Origin: Trichodesmium erythraeum IMS101
GTDB taxonomy: Bacteria; Cyanobacteriota; Cyanobacteriia; Cyanobacteriales; Microcoleaceae
Direction: 5' to 3'
NCBI RefSeq assembly: GCF_000014265.1
Contig: NC_008312.1
Span: 3,540,001-3,572,000, forward strand
DNA: 32,000 bases
Shown here: positions 28,140 through 32,000 of the stretch, in pieces
How positions within the stretch are numbered: the stretch's first letter is position 1
Layout: each line of letters begins with the position of its first letter
Notes under the pieces: model-generated
What the model saw: only the letters and a program-made list of their open reading frames with translations
Databases searched by the model: none
What the model was told of the DNA's origin: nothing
Program-made: the position numbers and the translations under genes

Positions 28140-28685
28140 TACCAGACAAAGAATGTCGCATGAAATTATGGGAACATTTACTGCCAAAAGAAATACCAAC
28201 TACAGAAGATATTAATCTAGAATTGTTAGCAAACGAATCTGAAAACCTCGCTGGAGGTGATATTTTAAATGTTGTAATTTCCGCAGCAAGTCGAGCAGTT
28301 ATCAGAGAAGCAAAAGCTCAAAAAGTTTCCCTTTTTGACTTAGCTGAAGAAATAAAATTTGTGCGAGAAGCAAAGACAAAAATTGGTTCTCCTCACCATC
28401 AAACTAACCCACAAAAAGCCAAAGTTAAAGAGACAATAATAAATCCAGATGATTTATCTCCAGAACTTCGCGATCGCTACAATGAAAACATTTCAAAAAT
28501 AGATAAATCTGAGTCAGATTTTAACAACTAAATAATATACATAAATTTTCATTTTAGCATACAAAAATAGGGAAGTTTCATAGAACATCCCTACAAAATT
28601 TTAGTTGTAAAAATATGATTAATTATTATTAATAAAACATCAAATTTAAAATCCCAGAAAATATTACTTAAAACAAAACCTAAAC

Positions 28686-28985
28686 CTAACTATCTTCAGA
28701 CTCCCCTGACTTCTCCTCACCAGACAATAAAAGACGAAGACCCATAAAAGCAAATCCAGTTGCAGCAGTAATTTTTACTATATTTGTTGGTAAAATTTCT
28801 GCCATTCCTTGCCCTACTAAAACTCCTAAAAAACTCGTTAATAATAGAGCAGATGCAGTACCTAAAAATACTGCTTGGGGAAACTTTGAAGACCCACCCA
28901 GAGCGATCGCCGCCAATTGACTTTTATCTCCTAATTCAGATAAGAAAACTGCAATAAAACTTAAACCTAAAAGTTGCCAATCCAT
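28686..28985 (-). CDS. UPF0016/GDT1 (TMEM165, Mnx/PAM71-like) family half-size membrane protein
   Basis: 99 aa with three TM helices and one E-x-G-D-K-(S/T) signature (SELGDKSQLAAIAL). Confidence 0.8.
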   Translation of the reverse strand: MDWQLLGLSFIAVFLSELGDKSQLAAIALGGSSKFPQAVFLGTASALLLTSFLGVLVGQGMAEILPTNIVKITAATGFAFMGLRLLLSGEEKSGESEDS

Positions 28986-29290
28986 AGTTAATTAATAAAC
29001 CAAAAAATTAGAATAAACCAGAAAGAATAAAAAAATTAATCCCATAAAATTTTCACTCATAAATATAGTATATTAAACTAGTAAACTTCATCTCAATCAG
29101 GTACACTAATCTCTAGTAAAATGCCCCTACCACTTACTCCTAAATTTAACTAACTAAAAAAAGAAATTCTACACTTTAACAGCTAAAAACTCATTCTTTT
29201 CTCAACATTAATGCGACCAATAATTTTCTGTAAATACTTATCAGAAATTCCATATTCTTAATCCTGATAACTGAAATAATACATAATTTA

Positions 29291-29752
29291 TTAACCATGA
29301 AAATTTTCATAAAAAACTTCAAATATCAAAGTCAAAGATATTAGCAATAAAATAGCTCCTGCCGACCTTTCTATAGTTTTTGGAGAAAGGTGACTAGCTA
29401 ACCATTGACCTAACAAAACCCCCAATAAACTTGTAATTACTAAGGCACTACCTGCACCTGCAAATACTATCCAAGGAGCTTGAGACTCAGCAGTCATTAG
29501 CAAAGTAGTAAGTTGAGTTTTATCACCAATTTCTGCTAAGAATATTGTCACAAACGTTGAAGCAAATACTGCCCATGCCCCTGCTTTTTGTACCTTTCTT
29601 TCTTCTTCTTCTGATTGAGAATTAGTAGGAATTAAAACTTCTCCCTTTTCTGAACTAACTTCCAAAGGTAACCTCTGAGAAACCTTTTTTTCTTCTAAAT
29701 CTACTTGGTTTTTATCAGTATTTTCGCTAATCTGGAAAAATTTCACTGGCAA
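29291..29752 (-). CDS. UPF0016/GDT1 family half-size membrane protein with an N-terminal hydrophilic extension
   Basis: It carries the signature AEIGDKTQLTTLLM and three TM helices. There is no ATG before the membrane domain, so the start must be TTG (29752) or GTG (29746). The 5' end is therefore uncertain. Confidence 0.75.
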   Translation of the reverse strand: MPVKFFQISENTDKNQVDLEEKKVSQRLPLEVSSEKGEVLIPTNSQSEEEERKVQKAGAWAVFASTFVTIFLAEIGDKTQLTTLLMTAESQAPWIVFAGAGSALVITSLLGVLLGQWLASHLSPKTIERSAGAILLLISLTLIFEVFYENFHG

Positions 29753-29985
29753 CTATAATAAATTACTAAATTACTAAATGTATCTAAATTTTTTCAATCT
29801 TATTTATTGTTTCAAATAATTATCCTCTATCTCAACTACTTAACTATTTATCCATAACAAAACATCTTACCAATAAACTATAATTTATTATGCCTCTTGA
29901 AAATAGAATTTCCCCATATATTGTTTACCTAAATTTCAAAAAAACATATACTAAAAATCAGCAAATTATATCTGTTTACCCTAAA

Positions 29986-30354
29986 TTATCTCTCAAAACC
30001 CGATCTAACACCAACTGCATTATTAAACCGAAGCATTTCTAGACTATACTCACCATACATATCTCCAATATGTTGCTGACAACAGTCAATAGCAAATTCA
30101 TCTAGTTCCTCTGGTTCAACATCGTACATATCCTTAAAAATATCTGCCTGGACTCGACAAAACTTTGGTCTATCAGGGTAAATACGACATTCTCGACTTA
30201 AAGAGTCATAATTAATACACCATCCATCTGCCCCTATTAAACTCATATAATACTCAACCTCCTCTGCAGATAAGTATTCTTCTAGATCTGGGCGCTCCGT
30301 CGGATCTAAGTAACAACAAGCACCACAACTTTTTATACAACGCCAAGTAACCAT
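29986..30354 (-). CDS. YkgJ-family (UPF0153) cysteine-cluster protein
   Basis: 122 aa with the N-terminal CxxCxxCC motif (RCIKSCGACCY) and a second Cys group (WCINYD...CRIYPDRPKFCRV). Confidence 0.75.
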   Translation of the reverse strand: MVTWRCIKSCGACCYLDPTERPDLEEYLSAEEVEYYMSLIGADGWCINYDSLSRECRIYPDRPKFCRVQADIFKDMYDVEPEELDEFAIDCCQQHIGDMYGEYSLEMLRFNNAVGVRSGFER

Positions 30355-30545
30355 TTTTTTTAACTTGAAATTTTCATTTAAAATTCCCCAAAAAATTTTA
30401 GAGGACTGGAACTAACATCCCCTTGACTCTAGCAAAACGAAATATTGAGTTTTGTAAAGTTTATTAAATTAAATAGACAATCCCTTGATAAAATAAAAAA
30501 TAGTTTTTTAGTTCACTATCTATTTTATTAAATTATAGAGGAAAT

Positions 30546-30677
30546 ATGGGGTTTTTAACTGATTTTTTCAGCAACATTAACTTTGAAACCATCGCCCAGT
30601 TAACAATGCTAGCCATGGTTTTGATTGCTGGCCCGGTAGTAATTGTGTTATTAGCACTTCAGGGAGGCGATCTTTAA
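30546..30677 (+). CDS. psb30: Photosystem II reaction centre protein Psb30 (Ycf12)
   Basis: Not in the ORF track because it is only 43 aa. Manual translation gives MGFLTDFFSNINFETIAQLTMLAMVLIAGPVVIVLLALQGGDL, then TAA (30675-30677). It matches the Psb30 pattern ..IAQLT..A....AGP.VI.LLA...GNL. Confidence 0.8.
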   Translation: MGFLTDFFSNINFETIAQLTMLAMVLIAGPVVIVLLALQGGDL

Positions 30678-31078
30678 TCCTTTCCGCCCAGAGCTGATAG
30701 TAGTAGATAGTAGGTTTTAAGTCTTAGGAAGTAGGTAGCAGGTAAACTTTTATCCCCCAGAGCTTGCAGATGTGGTTTAGTTAACTCTGGTTACCTAAAA
30801 GCTAAAACCTACCACCTATCAATTAAAAATTAACAACGGTTTTGTTCCATGAAAGTAGCCATATAGCTGTTGCTAGGCTCGGCCTTTTATATTAGTTTGA
30901 AGGACAAAACCTATCTTCCAGCATCAAACTATACACTACACACCATTTTAGTTATGTAATTTCACCAGCAATTAAAAAATAAGAACTTTAGCAAATTTCA
31001 GGGAAATTAGGACATTATCACTCCTCTCAAATTTCATCTAAGCTAAAAATCTACAAAAAAATTGCCATTCCCCTTAAT

Positions 31079-31098
31079 TACTACTACTACTACTACTA
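31079..31098. repeat. Trinucleotide microsatellite (TAC) x6
   Basis: Read directly: TACTACTACTACTACTACTA, about 85 nt downstream of the response-regulator stop codon. Confidence 0.85.
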
Positions 31099-31183
31099 GC
31101 TCAGAACCGAACTACCTTTATAATTTTGCCATCAATACAGCTTAACTGAATAACCTATAAACCATAAAACCATTCTTCTTTAA

Positions 31184-31870
31184 TTAGCTTAATATTCTAA
31201 ACCAATAACCTTTCCCATAAACAGTATGAATTAATGGCGAGTCCCCAGCCACCTCTATTTTTCTTCGCAATAACCGTACTTGTGCTGCTAAAACATTACT
31301 ACTTGGTTGTCCCCCTTCTCCCCACAAATATTCATAAATTTGTTGGTGAGTTAAAAGTTCCCCGGGATAGTTCATAAAATATCCCAACAGCTTACATTCT
31401 TTTTCAGATAAGAAAATCACTTGCCCGCCACGATAAGCAACCTTATTTTCTATATCTAACTCTAAATTTCCTACCCGTAAATTTTGATCAGCTGTAGATG
31501 TTTCAATAATAACACGGCGACGCAATAAAGCTCGAACCCTTGCTAATAACTCTCGTAACTCAAAAGGCTTAACTAAATAATCATCCGCACCAGCATCTAA
31601 CCCCCTAACACGCTCATCTAATGTATCTTTAGCAGTAAGAAATAAAACAGGGGTATAGTCATGGCGCGATCGCAACCTTTGACAAATCTCCAGCCCTGTC
31701 TTTTGGGGTAACATCCAATCTAAAATCAATAAATCATAGTTACCCTCAACAGCCATTTGAAAACCCGCCTCTCCATGATCAGCAACATCAACATTATAAC
31801 CCTCCCTATTCAAAGCACAACTTAGAGGAGAAGTAAACTCTGGTTCATCATCCACCAAAAGAATCTGCAT
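31184..31870 (-). CDS. OmpR-family two-component response regulator
   Basis: The receiver domain starts at MQILLVDDEP (ATG 31870) and has the phospho-acceptor context LLILDWMLP plus LFLTAKD and KPF. The C-terminal winged-helix DNA-binding domain ends IHTVYGKGYWF. The 31948 start in the ORF track is a TTG that adds 26 hydrophobic residues atypical for this family. Confidence 0.88.
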   Translation of the reverse strand: MQILLVDDEPEFTSPLSCALNREGYNVDVADHGEAGFQMAVEGNYDLLILDWMLPQKTGLEICQRLRSRHDYTPVLFLTAKDTLDERVRGLDAGADDYLVKPFELRELLARVRALLRRRVIIETSTADQNLRVGNLELDIENKVAYRGGQVIFLSEKECKLLGYFMNYPGELLTHQQIYEYLWGEGGQPSSNVLAAQVRLLRRKIEVAGDSPLIHTVYGKGYWFRILS

Positions 31871-32000
31871 TTGATCAATTAAATAACTGTAAATATACCC
31901 AGTACTTACCCAAAAAATAAACTTCCAAACAAAATTTAGTAGCAGCAAAAAACAAAAAATCAGAGCAAAAAACCCCTTTTCTTATTTAGGCACCTAAGTA

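Larger units (their letters stand above)
26510..28531 (+). pseudogene. Classical-clade AAA+ ATPase, interrupted by an IS630-family insertion (5' part 26510-27193, 3' part 28142-28531)
   Basis: Walker A GLPGTGKT, Walker B LFFDEADS, and second region of homology ATNLAKNYDGAFVRR. The upstream ORF ends ...FVRRILAHIEFEL and then hits a TAG that is the first triplet of the IS. Removing 27194-28141 (948 nt) joins GAA TTA to CCA GAC AAA GAA TGT CGC ATG. This gives ...IEFELPDKECRMKLWEHLLPKEIP...LAGGDILNVVISAASRAV, a normal AAA+ lid domain. The N-terminal roughly 45 aa are low-complexity (T/N/K-rich), so the true start could be an internal Met. Confidence 0.85.

Overview
AT-rich cyanobacterial chromosomal segment. 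Cyanobacterial origin is supported by at least ten HIP1 octamers (GCGATCGC, e.g. 3119-3126, 4063-4070, 8386-8393, 9994-10001) and by the ado/aar alkane pair, psb30 and hslO. I cannot name the species without a search. The low GC, long non-coding gaps and several decayed genes fit a low-coding-density filamentous cyanobacterium, but that is inference.

Recognisable genes:
- a partial MscS channel (left edge) and proA
- a three-gene tailoring cluster: PhyH-type dioxygenase, SAM methyltransferase and sulfotransferase, with two of the three disrupted
- aar and ado
- a 723-aa membrane-anchored helical-repeat protein
- hslO, a TspO-like protein and an SSF-family transporter
- two adjacent half-size UPF0016/GDT1 genes
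- a YkgJ-type Cys-cluster protein
- psb30, which is missing from the ORF track
- an OmpR-family response regulator

The accessory part lies at about 20.5-28.5 kb. It holds a near-perfect 563-bp tandem duplication and a frameshifted PD-(D/E)xK-like cyanobacterial gene. It also holds the most interesting locus (22883-28531): a sensor-less HTH + NB-ARC/STAND NTPase, divergently transcribed from a tight operon. The operon encodes four small proteins that look paralogous (three have one N-terminal TM helix; three share a C-terminal WDELPEDVRxEFL-type motif, the fourth a weaker version) followed by a classical AAA+ ATPase. An IS630-family element with a TA target duplication has split the AAA+ gene. 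I do not recognise this gene set as any described system.

No tRNA, rRNA or CRISPR array was seen. All family calls come from motif recognition by eye; no database search was run.
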